Below, one piece after another: positions 37,444 through 47,603 of a stretch of DNA of 64,000 nt; position 1 is the stretch's first letter; each line of letters begins with the position of its first letter. The notes under the pieces were generated by a model. The model ran no database searches, was not told where the DNA came from, and saw only the letters and a list, made by a program, of their open reading frames with translations. Position numbers and translations under genes: made by a program. Source of the DNA: Bdellovibrio sp. (lineage in GTDB: Bacteria > Bdellovibrionota > Bdellovibrionia > Bdellovibrionales > Bdellovibrionaceae); contig JAKFBS010000004.1 in assembly GCA_036677065.1 (NCBI GenBank), positions 320,001 through 384,000 of the forward strand, given 5' to 3'.

Positions 37444-37684
37444 TTTTGCGCTAAAAATCTACAGCTATATATGTAAGCTCTGCCGAAGGATAAGAAATGT
37501 GCAGCCTTATATATATAGACATGCAGCGTTGCAGCAAGGCTGATCAAAACTCTTAAAAGCAATTGTTTCATGATTGACTCACTATCCCGACCAAAGGACA
37601 GTTATAGGTAGTTATACGCTCTATATCGTGTCTTATGGATTTCATAAGACTATAAACCATTTTCTTCGCAAAAGGAGTTTTGCT

Positions 37685-40600
37685 TTGAGAATTAAAAAAC
37701 TAGAACTAATTGGTTTTAAATCATTTAAAGACCGCACAGTCATTCAATTCGATGCTGGTATTACTGGTATCGTAGGCCCCAATGGTTGCGGTAAATCTAA
37801 TATCGTAGATGCCTTAATGTGGGTCATGGGCGATCAATCTGCCAAAGACTTACGTGCATCACAAATGACAGATGTTATCTTCGCCGGAGCTGAGAACTAC
37901 GCTCCGCACGGTATGTGCGAAGTTTCATTAACATTAGAAAATGATGGCGGCCCATTCCCAGCTAAGTATTTAAAACATTCAGAAATCATGGTGACTCGTC
38001 GTCTACACAGAAATGGTGAAGGCGAATACTTTATCAATAAAGAAGCCGCTCGTTTAAAAGACGTGCAAGAGATCTTTATGGATACAGGTGCCGGCTCAAA
38101 AGGTTTTTCGATCATCGCCCAAGGTATGATCGGTAAGATCATTACATCTAAGCCAGAAGATCGCCGTATGCTAATCGAAGAAGCTGCGGGTATTACGAAG
38201 TTCAAAGCTCGTAAAAAAGAATCTCAACGTAAATTACAATCTACAGATCAAAACTTAGTGCGTTTACAAGACATCATCGGCGAATTAAAACGCCAAATTG
38301 ATTCTTTACAACGCCAAGCTCAACGTGCCGAACGTTACCGTAATATCAAAAATCAAATTGAAGATCTTGAATTGTGGTTATCATCAGCTCAATACGTTGA
38401 ACTTGCTCGCGCTGCTAATGAAGCACAAAAAATCTTTGATGAAGCCCAATCTTTAGAAGTGGGTTCTGAAGCTGACCTTGCAGGTATGCAAGCTCAATTA
38501 GAAACTTTAAAACTTTCTGTATTAGAGCAAGAAAAAGCAGTTGAAGATCGCCAGCAGGAATTCTTCAATCACCAGGGTTCAGTGCAAAAGAAAGAATTAG
38601 AAATCCAGGAATTACGCTTTACGCTTGAACAAGCTAAACGTAATGAACAAATGACTGGTTCGATACTAAACGAACAACAAGCTCGTTATGATCTGCTTTC
38701 TCGTGATCAAACAGCTCTTCAGGCTCAGGCTGATGAATTAAAAGAAGAATCAGAATACTTAGCTGAAGAATCAATTACAAAAGCTCAGGCTTTCAGTGAA
38801 AACCAAAAACGTTTTACTGAAATCGATGAAGATTTAACTGTTAAACGCCGTGAACAATTTGCCGTTGGCCAATCTGAATCAGCGTTAGATGCAAAATTAA
38901 ATTCTTTTACAGGTCAGCGTTCTGAAGTTGCTGATCGCGTAGCTGATGAAGAAGTAAAACTTTCTGAATTACGTGAAACACACCACGGGTTTGAAACCCG
39001 TCGTCGTAAAATCACAAATGAATTAGACAGCCAACGCCAACTTCAATTAGACCTTTCAAATGATGCTGAATCATTTGAAGCGAATAAAAAGATTTTGACT
39101 GAATCTGTTCAACGTAAACAAATCGAAGTACAGGAATTTAAAGACAATTTAAATGAAACAGCTTCGCGCCTTTACGGTTTAGAAAACTTAGCGCAAAACT
39201 TCGAAGGTTTCGAAGAGGGCGTTAAGCAAGTTATGCTTTGGTCAAAAGCCAGAACTGAACAATCACTAAATGCTGATGGAACTGTGAATGAAACTTTCCA
39301 TCCAGTGTCTGAAGTGATCGAAGTGCCAAGCGAATTCGAAATCGCTATGGAAGCAGCTCTTGGTTCTAAATTACAAATGCTTTTATCTAATAAAAAAGAA
39401 ACAGCTTTAGAGGCTGTTGATTATTTAAAAGAACAAAACACAGGTCGTTCGTCTTTCTTCGCTGCTCAGGGCGAAAAAGCTCACATGCCTGCAGGAAACC
39501 CGGAAGCAGAAGCTGGTGTTCTTGGTTTATTAAATAAAGTAGTTCGCTCTGACGCTCAATTTTCTGACTCGGTAGAAAACATTCTATCTGGGGTAGCCAT
39601 TGTTGATTCAATCCGTACGGCATTAGCATTACGTCCGAACTATTCAGGTTGGACTTTTGTAACTCCGGATGGTGATACTTTATCAGCTGATGGTGTAATG
39701 ACCGGTGGGTCAAAAGATTCTGCTGAATCAGGTGTATTAAAACGTCGTCGTGAAATTAAAGAATTAACTGATAAGAAAAACGAATGGTCTGGAAAAACGG
39801 CTTTAGCAACTGCTGCTTTAAAGAAAACTGAAGAGCAATTAGCTAACGTATTAAATGACTTTGAAGGTGCGCAAAAACGCCGTATCGAACAAGAAATCAA
39901 AGTGACTGAACTTCGTAAAGATTTAGAACGTGCTGATAATGAGTTACAACAAGCAGGTAACGCAGTTGAAAGACAGGACAAAGAAGTTCGCCGTTTAACT
40001 GAAAACTTAGCCATGCTTGATGAAAAGATTTCTGAAATGTCAGAAAATCTTGTGAATTTACGCACGAATAAAGTTGAACTAGAAACATCTATTGAATCAT
40101 TAACAAATGAGTTTGATTCAATGAAAGATGGTTTCGATGCGCAACAAGCTGAAGTGACTGATTTACAAATCAGATCAGCTTCTAAATCTCAGGAATACCA
40201 AGGTTTAATCCGCCAATTAGAAATGGTGACTAGACAGGTTAATGAATTATCGCACCAATTAAACCGTATGTCTGAAGAGGCAGAAGGTTACAATTCGCAA
40301 ATGACTGAAGGCTCGTATGCTTTAGAACAGGCGAAAATTGATTTCGAAAGAATGGTTGCTGACATTGAAGTTAAACGTTTAGATTTAGCCCAATTCAAAA
40401 ATCAATTTGAAATTGAAACGGCTGATATCCGCGAATTAGAAAATAAAACGATCACAATGCAACGTGAACGTAATGAACGTTTACAGCGTATGTCTGAGTC
40501 TCAATTGAAATTAGAATCAGCTAAAATGAAAGAACAAAACTTGATCGAGCAAACTCGTGAAAAGTACATGTTAAACCTTCCAGACGTTGTTGAAAAATAC

Positions 40601-41272
40601 ATTGGTCGCGAAGGTGATCCGGTTGCGGCTGTTGAAGAACTAAAAGAATTACGCGAAAAATTAGCTAAAATCGGTGAAGTAAACCTTTCAGCTATTGCTG
40701 AGTACTCTGAAACGCAAGAGCGTTACGAGTTCTTAACTAAGCAACATGCAGATTTAACTGAAGCGAAAGAGCACTTACGTAAAGTGATCGATCGTATTAA
40801 TAAAATCTGTTCTAAACGTTTCAAAGAAACTTTTGATCTTGTTAATGAACGTTTTCAAAAAGTATTCCCAGTTCTTTTCGGCGGTGGTGAGGCGATGTTA
40901 CAAATCGTCGAAAACGAAGAAAAAGGCGAAATGGGTATCGAAATTATCGCTAAACCTCCAGGTAAGAAAATGCAGAACGTAACCCTTATGTCAGGGGGCG
41001 AAAAAGCCCTTACGGCCGTCGCGTTAGTGTTCTCGATCTTCTTAGTTAAGCCGTCTCCATACTGTTTACTGGATGAGGTTGATGCTCCGCTTGATGATGC
41101 CAACGTATTCCGTTTCAACGATTTAGTTCGTGAGATGGCGAAACGTTCGCAAATCATCGTTGTGACTCATAATAAGCACACGATGGAAGTCGCTCAGAAG
41201 CTTTACGGTGTAACAATGCAAGAACGCGGTGTTTCAACGATGGTATCTGTGAGCCTTGCTGATATTAAGTAG
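37685..41272 (+). CDS. smc: Chromosome segregation protein SMC
   Basis: GFKSF, GPNGCGKSN Walker A, coiled coils with hinge, SGGEK, LLDEVDAPLD; TTG start after an AAGGAG RBS. Confidence 0.97.
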   Translation: MRIKKLELIGFKSFKDRTVIQFDAGITGIVGPNGCGKSNIVDALMWVMGDQSAKDLRASQMTDVIFAGAENYAPHGMCEVSLTLENDGGPFPAKYLKHSEIMVTRRLHRNGEGEYFINKEAARLKDVQEIFMDTGAGSKGFSIIAQGMIGKIITSKPEDRRMLIEEAAGITKFKARKKESQRKLQSTDQNLVRLQDIIGELKRQIDSLQRQAQRAERYRNIKNQIEDLELWLSSAQYVELARAANEAQKIFDEAQSLEVGSEADLAGMQAQLETLKLSVLEQEKAVEDRQQEFFNHQGSVQKKELEIQELRFTLEQAKRNEQMTGSILNEQQARYDLLSRDQTALQAQADELKEESEYLAEESITKAQAFSENQKRFTEIDEDLTVKRREQFAVGQSESALDAKLNSFTGQRSEVADRVADEEVKLSELRETHHGFETRRRKITNELDSQRQLQLDLSNDAESFEANKKILTESVQRKQIEVQEFKDNLNETASRLYGLENLAQNFEGFEEGVKQVMLWSKARTEQSLNADGTVNETFHPVSEVIEVPSEFEIAMEAALGSKLQMLLSNKKETALEAVDYLKEQNTGRSSFFAAQGEKAHMPAGNPEAEAGVLGLLNKVVRSDAQFSDSVENILSGVAIVDSIRTALALRPNYSGWTFVTPDGDTLSADGVMTGGSKDSAESGVLKRRREIKELTDKKNEWSGKTALATAALKKTEEQLANVLNDFEGAQKRRIEQEIKVTELRKDLERADNELQQAGNAVERQDKEVRRLTENLAMLDEKISEMSENLVNLRTNKVELETSIESLTNEFDSMKDGFDAQQAEVTDLQIRSASKSQEYQGLIRQLEMVTRQVNELSHQLNRMSEEAEGYNSQMTEGSYALEQAKIDFERMVADIEVKRLDLAQFKNQFEIETADIRELENKTITMQRERNERLQRMSESQLKLESAKMKEQNLIEQTREKYMLNLPDVVEKYIGREGDPVAAVEELKELREKLAKIGEVNLSAIAEYSETQERYEFLTKQHADLTEAKEHLRKVIDRINKICSKRFKETFDLVNERFQKVFPVLFGGGEAMLQIVENEEKGEMGIEIIAKPPGKKMQNVTLMSGGEKALTAVALVFSIFLVKPSPYCLLDEVDAPLDDANVFRFNDLVREMAKRSQIIVVTHNKHTMEVAQKLYGVTMQERGVSTMVSVSLADIK

Positions 41273-41274
41273 GA

Positions 41275-42447
41275 ATGTCTGAATCACATTCGTATCAAAT
41301 GAATCTATTATTAATAGCCATTGCAGTACTTGCACTGGCTATTTTTATTCCAGTTATCTTATCCATCTTTAAAAAGAAAAAACCTTATACGCCTCCGCCT
41401 TTAGATAATGCACAGGCCGATAAGGTTTCGTTACACCGGACTGAGCCAGAACCCAAAGCTGAACTGCCAGAATTAATTGCCGAAACTACGCCACACGTTG
41501 AAGAAGATTTATCGTCAACAGCCACTATCGGCAAAGCGATGGAAAAAACTAAAGATAGTTTTTTTGGCCGCATTAAAAGTGCCTTCACAAATACCGATAA
41601 GAAAAAAGTTTTAGAAGAAATCGAAGAAGTTTTATACACGAGCGATTTAGGTCCAAAAACTGTTCAAAAACTTTTAGATAAAGTTTCATCATCTGACATG
41701 TCAGATATTTCGAAAGTAAAAGAATCACTTTCAGCTCAAATGCAGGAAATTCTTTTAGATATTCACGCTTCACAAAAAGATTCAAAATTAGTTTCTGATT
41801 TAATTCACAAACGCAGCGATGGCCCGATGGTGTTAATGGTTGTTGGGGTGAACGGTGCGGGTAAAACCACATCGATCGGTAAAATCACGGCTCAACTTGC
41901 CCATCAAGGTTTTAAAATCTTAGTCGCCGCAGGTGATACCTTCCGCGCGGCAGCCGGCGGACAGTTAAAAGTGTGGACTGAGCGCGCCCAAAACGCCAAT
42001 GGCCATGTTGAAATTTTCTGGCCAGATAATGTGACAGATCCGGCTGCGGTGGCGTTCGATGCAGTAAGTAAGGGTAAAGCTGGTCAGTATGATTTTGTGA
42101 TCTTAGATACAGCAGGGCGTTTACATACTCAGGGTCATTTAATGGATGAGCTTAAAAAAGTTAAACGTGTAATGGCGAAAGTTATTCCGGATGCGCCTCA
42201 TGAAACATGGATCGTGCTCGATGCAAATTCAGGACAAAATGCCCTTAATCAAGCGGTTGAATTTAACAAAGCCCTTGAGGTGACTGGCGTAATTCTAACT
42301 AAAATGGACGGTACGGCTAAAGGTGGCGTGGCTCTTGGAGTTGTTGATCAATTAGCAAAGCCAATTCGTTTAGTCGGTCTAGGTGAAAAAATTGGCGATT
42401 TAAAAGTCTTTGAACCAAAAGAGTACATTGATTCCATCTTAGGTTAA
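41275..42447 (+). CDS. ftsY: SRP receptor FtsY with N-terminal membrane anchor
   Basis: GVNGAGKTT, DTFRAAA, DTAGR, TKMDGTAKGG. Confidence 0.97.
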   Translation: MSESHSYQMNLLLIAIAVLALAIFIPVILSIFKKKKPYTPPPLDNAQADKVSLHRTEPEPKAELPELIAETTPHVEEDLSSTATIGKAMEKTKDSFFGRIKSAFTNTDKKKVLEEIEEVLYTSDLGPKTVQKLLDKVSSSDMSDISKVKESLSAQMQEILLDIHASQKDSKLVSDLIHKRSDGPMVLMVVGVNGAGKTTSIGKITAQLAHQGFKILVAAGDTFRAAAGGQLKVWTERAQNANGHVEIFWPDNVTDPAAVAFDAVSKGKAGQYDFVILDTAGRLHTQGHLMDELKKVKRVMAKVIPDAPHETWIVLDANSGQNALNQAVEFNKALEVTGVILTKMDGTAKGGVALGVVDQLAKPIRLVGLGEKIGDLKVFEPKEYIDSILG

Positions 42448-42466
42448 GGGTTTAATAGATCCTTAG

Positions 42467-43018
42467 ATGTTCAAAATTTTTCTTTTCGTATTCTTATTTA
42501 GTTTCTGTACGTTCGCGCACGCGCTTAATGTTCTTCAAACTCAAATCAGCAAATGCGGTTTGAGTTTTCCGAATATGAATAAGATCACCAATTACAACCA
42601 GCTGTACGCAGCCATTGATAAAAAATATCTTTTATATGCTGAAAAAACCATGGAGCGCGAAGTTCTATACAAGTCTCGTGGCGTGGAATATAAATTAAAA
42701 GTGATCAACGATGTGATGTCTCTTTTTCGTTTTGGCGAAGAGGGGCGTGTGATTGCGACCAATATTGATATCCCGAAACCAGTTGATGCAAAGCAGAAAA
42801 TCACTACAGTGAAGGGTAAAGTTAAACAGCTTACCTTAAATGCAAAGATTCAAGAGGACTGGGGCCAGTATTCTGAGCAACGTGAGAACGGTGTTCAAAT
42901 CGAATACAGTATCCGTAACTCTAAAATCAGTCAGATGAAAATTGATCTGACGAAAACTAAGCAAGTTCTAGACTGCAAAGTGAAGAACGAATCTGAAGTT
43001 TGTTATTGTCTAAAATAG
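42467..43018 (+). CDS. Secreted hypothetical protein
   Basis: Signal peptide (AHA|L), C-terminal Cys cluster. Confidence 0.7.
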   Translation: MFKIFLFVFLFSFCTFAHALNVLQTQISKCGLSFPNMNKITNYNQLYAAIDKKYLLYAEKTMEREVLYKSRGVEYKLKVINDVMSLFRFGEEGRVIATNIDIPKPVDAKQKITTVKGKVKQLTLNAKIQEDWGQYSEQRENGVQIEYSIRNSKISQMKIDLTKTKQVLDCKVKNESEVCYCLK

Positions 43019-43147
43019 TGCCTTAAAAAACACCTTGCATGCGTTGTTTGAATCCTTATACTTATTTATGTAAGTCATTGTTAACTTTGGAATTTTTCAG
43101 ATTTTTAAAGAGATTTTCAAGCAACGGATGATATTAGGAAATACAGC

Positions 43148-43498
43148 ATGAAGCACGACGCAAAAAAGGACACAGTTAAGGAAACAGTTAAAGTTTCTAG
43201 TAAGCCCACTTTCGATTTTAGAATCGCAGGTGTTTCTTATAAAATTAAAACTTCTCACGACGAACAAACTCTGCAAACTCTTGTTGAGTACGTTAACGGT
43301 AAAGTTACTGAAGCCATGAAAGCGACAAAAAATTCTTCTTTTCAAAATGCAGCTGTTTTAGCATCCCTAAATATCGCCGAAGAAATGATTCTTCTAAAAC
43401 GCAGAGCTCAAGCCGAACTAGAAAAACTAGAACAAAAAGCCTTAAAGCTTGCCCAAGAAATCGAAAATACCAAAGCGAACAAGTCTTTACACTTATAA
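43148..43498 (+). CDS. zapA: Cell division protein ZapA
   Basis: IAGVSYKI...VEYVNGK...AVLASLNIAEE followed by a coiled coil; conserved context before ygfA-rny. Confidence 0.9.
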   Translation: MKHDAKKDTVKETVKVSSKPTFDFRIAGVSYKIKTSHDEQTLQTLVEYVNGKVTEAMKATKNSSFQNAAVLASLNIAEEMILLKRRAQAELEKLEQKALKLAQEIENTKANKSLHL

Positions 43499-43522
43499 CT
43501 TAACGCTTTGAGGTTTTGTAAA

Positions 43523-44116
43523 ATGTCTGATCCCACTAAATCTTTAAAAAAAGATTTACGTACTGCTGTTATAGCAGAGACGCTTTCACGCAGTGAAGGT
43601 GAGCGCACATTGCTATCGCGAAAAATACAAAGTAATTTATCTCAGTTCATGCAAACTCAATCTGGTTATTGGGGAGCATTTAAAGGCATGCATTCAGAAC
43701 CACAAATCAATTTTGATCAGCTAGGCGTAAAATGCTGTTACCCAAAAGTCGTGGGTGAGGATTTAGAATTCTACGCTGATGTGAATGAATGGACTGATTC
43801 TAATTTAAAAGTTCAAGAGCCCGTTTCTGGAACCAAGGTGAACCTTTCTGACCTATCGGGAATATTTGTCCCAGCGTTGGCGTTTCATGCCGATGGTCAC
43901 CGCCTAGGTAGAGGTAAAGGTTATTACGACCGAACGTTAGCCGATTTTATCGGTTTAAAAGTAGGCGTGTGTTTTCAATTTAATATTTTAAATTCTGTAC
44001 CGACTGAAAGTCATGATGTGGGTATGGATTGTATCATTACCGATGAAAAAATTATTCAAGCTCGTGGGGGGAACCCCCCTCAAGGGACCAGAGGAGACCA
44101 GAGATCATGGAATTAA
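43523..44116 (+). CDS. ygfA: 5-formyltetrahydrofolate cyclo-ligase (YgfA family)
   Basis: VPALAF...RLGRGKGYYDR, HDVGMDCIITD. Confidence 0.93.
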   Translation: MSDPTKSLKKDLRTAVIAETLSRSEGERTLLSRKIQSNLSQFMQTQSGYWGAFKGMHSEPQINFDQLGVKCCYPKVVGEDLEFYADVNEWTDSNLKVQEPVSGTKVNLSDLSGIFVPALAFHADGHRLGRGKGYYDRTLADFIGLKVGVCFQFNILNSVPTESHDVGMDCIITDEKIIQARGGNPPQGTRGDQRSWN

Positions 44117-45669
44117 TAATAGCCGCCGTTGTGGGATTAGTGATTGGCGCATTCGCAGTGTTTGCAGCCATTCGTATGCACGAACAAAGCACAAAAAAAA
44201 CCGCACAAGGTGAAGCTGACAAAATCATTAACAAAGCAAAATCAGAAGCTTCTAAAATCAAAAAAGATTCTGAAACAAAATCTAAAGATTTTGAAACTAA
44301 AGCCCGCAAAACTGTTGAGACAGAAATTAACAAACAAAAAGCGCAGTTAAAAAATAAAGAAACGCAATTTGAGCGCCGTCTTAAAGAAATCGAAGACCAG
44401 CACAAACACAGAAACGATGAGAATGAAAAATTCGCTCAAAGTTTAAAAGACCGCCAAGAAAAAATTCATATTGCTGAAGCCCGTTTACGTGAGTCTGAAA
44501 AAACAACTCAAGATCAAATTCAGTTCGTGCAAAAGAAATTAGAAAACGTTGCAGGCATGTCACAAGACCAAGCTAAACGTGAATTATTTCAAGTGTTAGA
44601 AGAGACAGCTAAAAAAGAAGCGGCTGCAAAAATTGCTGAAATCGAAGAACAAGCTATGAAAGATTCTGATCGCAAGACCAGAAACATTATCGCCCGTGCA
44701 TTAGCTCGTTTTGCTTCAGAGTACACTTCAGAACGTACTGTAACTGTGATGCAATTAACTTCAGACGAGATGAAAGGTAAAATCATCGGTCGTGAAGGTC
44801 GCAACATCAGAACTCTAGAAGCTATGTGTGGTGTGGATTTAATCGTTGATGATACTCCAGAAACAATCGTGATCTCGGGTTTTGATCCGGTAAGACGCGA
44901 ATTAGCCCGTCGTACAATTGATAAATTAATGGAAGACGGCCGTGTTCATCCGGCTCGTATTGAAGAAGTAGTTGAAAAACAAAAATCTGAATTACAAAAA
45001 TCGATGAAAGAAGAAGGCGATAAAGTAATCAATGAGTTAGGCCTGGCAGGTATGCACGGCGAACTTGTGAAATACGTTGGCGCATTAAAATACAGAAATT
45101 TACATGCGCAAAATGCATTAAACCATTCATTAGAAGTAGCCCACATCTCTGGGTTATTAGCTGCAGAACTTGGTTACAATGTGAAGTTAGCAAAACGCGC
45201 CGGTGTTTTACACGGTATTGGTTTAGCTGCAGATCATTCAATGGAAGGCAGCTACTCTCAAGTCGGAGCTGAAATCGCCAAAAAATTAGGTGAAAACGAA
45301 GAAGTATGTCACGCAATTGGCGCGCACAATGATGATAAACATCAATCAGTGTTGGCTTGGATCGTACATGCGGCAAATATCTTATCAAATTCTCGTCCAG
45401 GTGCTCGTCGTCCACAAATGGATAGCTTTATTAACCGCTTAAAAGAATTAGAAAGTATTTCGAATTCTTTTGATGGCGTTATTAAATCTGTGGCCTTACA
45501 AGCCGGACGTGAAGTGCGCGTGTTAGTTGAAAGCTCACGTGTAACTGATGACCAATCAGTGATGTTAGCTCGTGATATTATCAAAAAAATCGAACGTGAA
45601 ATGCCGCATGCTGGTGGCGTAAAAGTTACGGTAGTTCGTGAATCACGCGCGGTTGAGATTGCGAGATAG
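44107..45669 (+). CDS. rny: Ribonuclease Y family protein with degenerate HD motif
   Basis: TM anchor, coiled coil, KH MKGKIIGREGRNIR, HPARIEE, RPGARR, QAGREVRV; HD motif reads HG. Confidence 0.92.
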   Translation: MELIIAAVVGLVIGAFAVFAAIRMHEQSTKKTAQGEADKIINKAKSEASKIKKDSETKSKDFETKARKTVETEINKQKAQLKNKETQFERRLKEIEDQHKHRNDENEKFAQSLKDRQEKIHIAEARLRESEKTTQDQIQFVQKKLENVAGMSQDQAKRELFQVLEETAKKEAAAKIAEIEEQAMKDSDRKTRNIIARALARFASEYTSERTVTVMQLTSDEMKGKIIGREGRNIRTLEAMCGVDLIVDDTPETIVISGFDPVRRELARRTIDKLMEDGRVHPARIEEVVEKQKSELQKSMKEEGDKVINELGLAGMHGELVKYVGALKYRNLHAQNALNHSLEVAHISGLLAAELGYNVKLAKRAGVLHGIGLAADHSMEGSYSQVGAEIAKKLGENEEVCHAIGAHNDDKHQSVLAWIVHAANILSNSRPGARRPQMDSFINRLKELESISNSFDGVIKSVALQAGREVRVLVESSRVTDDQSVMLARDIIKKIEREMPHAGGVKVTVVRESRAVEIAR

Positions 45670-45672
45670 TTA

Positions 45673-46908
45673 ATGTCAAACTCACAATTGACACAGCTAC
45701 CTGCGCAGGAACAGCTAGAAATTATCAAACACGGAACCGTGGATTTTATCTCGGAAGCTGATTTCTTAAAAAAATTAAGAAAAAGCGTCGAGAGCAAAAA
45801 GCCCTTACGTATTAAATTAGGCGCAGATCCAAATCGTCCGGACATTCATTTGGGTCACACTGTGGTGATTAATAAACTTAAAATCTTACAAGATCTTGGG
45901 CACCACATTCAGTTTTTAATCGGGGATTTCACGGCCTTGATCGGCGATCCAACGGGTAAAAACACAACTCGTCCAATTTTATCGCGTGAAGAGATCGAAG
46001 AAAATGCGAAGTCATATGAAACGCAGATTTTTAAAATCTTAGATCCTGAAAAAACTGAAATCGTTTACAACTCGGCGTGGTTATTAAAATTAACATCGAT
46101 CGATTTTATCAAACTTGCAGCTCAATGTACGGTAGCGCAAATGTTAGAGCGCGATGATTTTACAAAGCGCTATAAATCAGGAACTGCGATTTCATTACAT
46201 GAATTTATGTATCCACTTTGCCAAGGATATGACTCTGTAGCTATGAAAACAGATTTAGAACTTGGTGGAACCGATCAAAAGTTTAATTTATTAATGGGGC
46301 GTACACTGCAGGGTTCTTATGGCCAAGAACCGCAATGTATTTTAACAATGCCAATCCTTGAGGGATTAGATGGCGTTAATAAAATGTCTAAGTCATTAGA
46401 CAATTACATCGGTGTGAATGAATCACCAAAAGACATGTTTGGTAAAACCATGCGTGTTTCTGACCAGTTAATGTTTAGATATTACGAATTATTAACTGAC
46501 CTTCGCCCAAGTGAAGTGGCGCAGTTAAAAGCCGATGTTGAATCTAAGAAAAAACATCCTCGTGAAGTGAAAGTGAATCTAGCCAAATTCTTAGTGGCTC
46601 GTTTTCATTCACAAGCTGCAGCACAAGCGGCAGAAGATGAGTTCAACCGTATCTTTGTCGATAAAGGTCTTCCGGATCAAATCGATGATTTTAAAATTGC
46701 AGCGCAAAATATTGGCTTGGCTCAGTTAATGACATTATCAGCATTGACGGCTTCAAACGGTGAAGCTGCGCGCCTAATTACTGGCGGTGGTGTTAGCATT
46801 GATCAAGAAAAAGTTTCTGATAGTAAACTTAAACTTGATCTGAAACCGGGAAGTGCATTTGTGCTTCGTGCCGGTAAGAAAAAATTTATTAAGATTGTGG
46901 TGGAATAA
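45673..46908 (+). CDS. tyrS: Tyrosine--tRNA ligase
   Basis: [29 protein letters not shown]-terminal S4 domain. Confidence 0.98.
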   Translation: MSNSQLTQLPAQEQLEIIKHGTVDFISEADFLKKLRKSVESKKPLRIKLGADPNRPDIHLGHTVVINKLKILQDLGHHIQFLIGDFTALIGDPTGKNTTRPILSREEIEENAKSYETQIFKILDPEKTEIVYNSAWLLKLTSIDFIKLAAQCTVAQMLERDDFTKRYKSGTAISLHEFMYPLCQGYDSVAMKTDLELGGTDQKFNLLMGRTLQGSYGQEPQCILTMPILEGLDGVNKMSKSLDNYIGVNESPKDMFGKTMRVSDQLMFRYYELLTDLRPSEVAQLKADVESKKKHPREVKVNLAKFLVARFHSQAAAQAAEDEFNRIFVDKGLPDQIDDFKIAAQNIGLAQLMTLSALTASNGEAARLITGGGVSIDQEKVSDSKLKLDLKPGSAFVLRAGKKKFIKIVVE

Positions 46909-46909
46909 C

Positions 46910-47305
46910 ATGCGTATCAAGTTTTTACCTTCAGGTGTAGAGATTCCAGTTGATCCAACAAAAAGTTTATTAAAACTTGCGACAGAAAATGGCGTAAAGA
47001 TTAAATCTGTTTGCGGCGGCGTAGCTTCTTGCTCAGAGTGTCGTATTAAGATTATTGAAGGCGCACACTGTGTGCCAGAACCTTCAAAAGCCGAATTAAA
47101 TCTGATCGGAACATCATACTACTTAGACGGGCGCAGACTGGCCTGCCAGGTTAAATGTTTTGGCTCGATCACTGTTGATTTAACAGAGCAGTTAAATAAA
47201 GCCGACACGCAAAAGAAAATCAAAGGCATGAGAGTTAAAGATCAAAAAGAAATTCATGCTAAGCAAGACACGATGATTTTGACCGAGACAAAAGACAAAA
47301 AATAA
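46910..47305 (+). CDS. 2Fe-2S ferredoxin-like protein
   Basis: CGGVASCSEC...RLACQ; start at ATG 46910. Confidence 0.9.
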   Translation: MRIKFLPSGVEIPVDPTKSLLKLATENGVKIKSVCGGVASCSECRIKIIEGAHCVPEPSKAELNLIGTSYYLDGRRLACQVKCFGSITVDLTEQLNKADTQKKIKGMRVKDQKEIHAKQDTMILTETKDKK

Positions 47306-47309
47306 CTAA

Positions 47310-47501
47310 CTAACCGTAAGCTTTGTCGATGGTAAAACTTTTGATTTTGCCATCGATCACATCGTAAGTTAATTGAATGGGATTACAGCAGACTTCGCAG
47401 TCTTCAACATAGGTCTGAGCCCCAGCTTCTGACACATCTAAAAGCATCGATATTTTCTCTAAACAGTACGGACATTTAAAAAACTTTTCGATCTCTTCCA
47501 T
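47310..47501 (-). CDS. Small Cys-rich CPXCG-family protein
   Basis: CPYC...YVEDCEVCCNPI. Confidence 0.85.
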   Translation of the reverse strand: MEEIEKFFKCPYCLEKISMLLDVSEAGAQTYVEDCEVCCNPIQLTYDVIDGKIKSFTIDKAYG

Positions 47502-47603
47502 ACGATATTATAGCGACATTTAACGCCGCATTATCAACCCCTAAACAACTTTTTGACGTAATAAGCATTTTATGCGGTTTAGGATGGTCGACGGATTGCT
47601 CTA

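Noticed and set aside
37574..37684. N-terminal extensions in the ORF track (smc, and likewise hutH, gpmA, ppdK, ferredoxin, acyltransferase)
   Set aside because: Family homology and RBS positions indicate downstream starts; the extensions are longest-ORF artefacts
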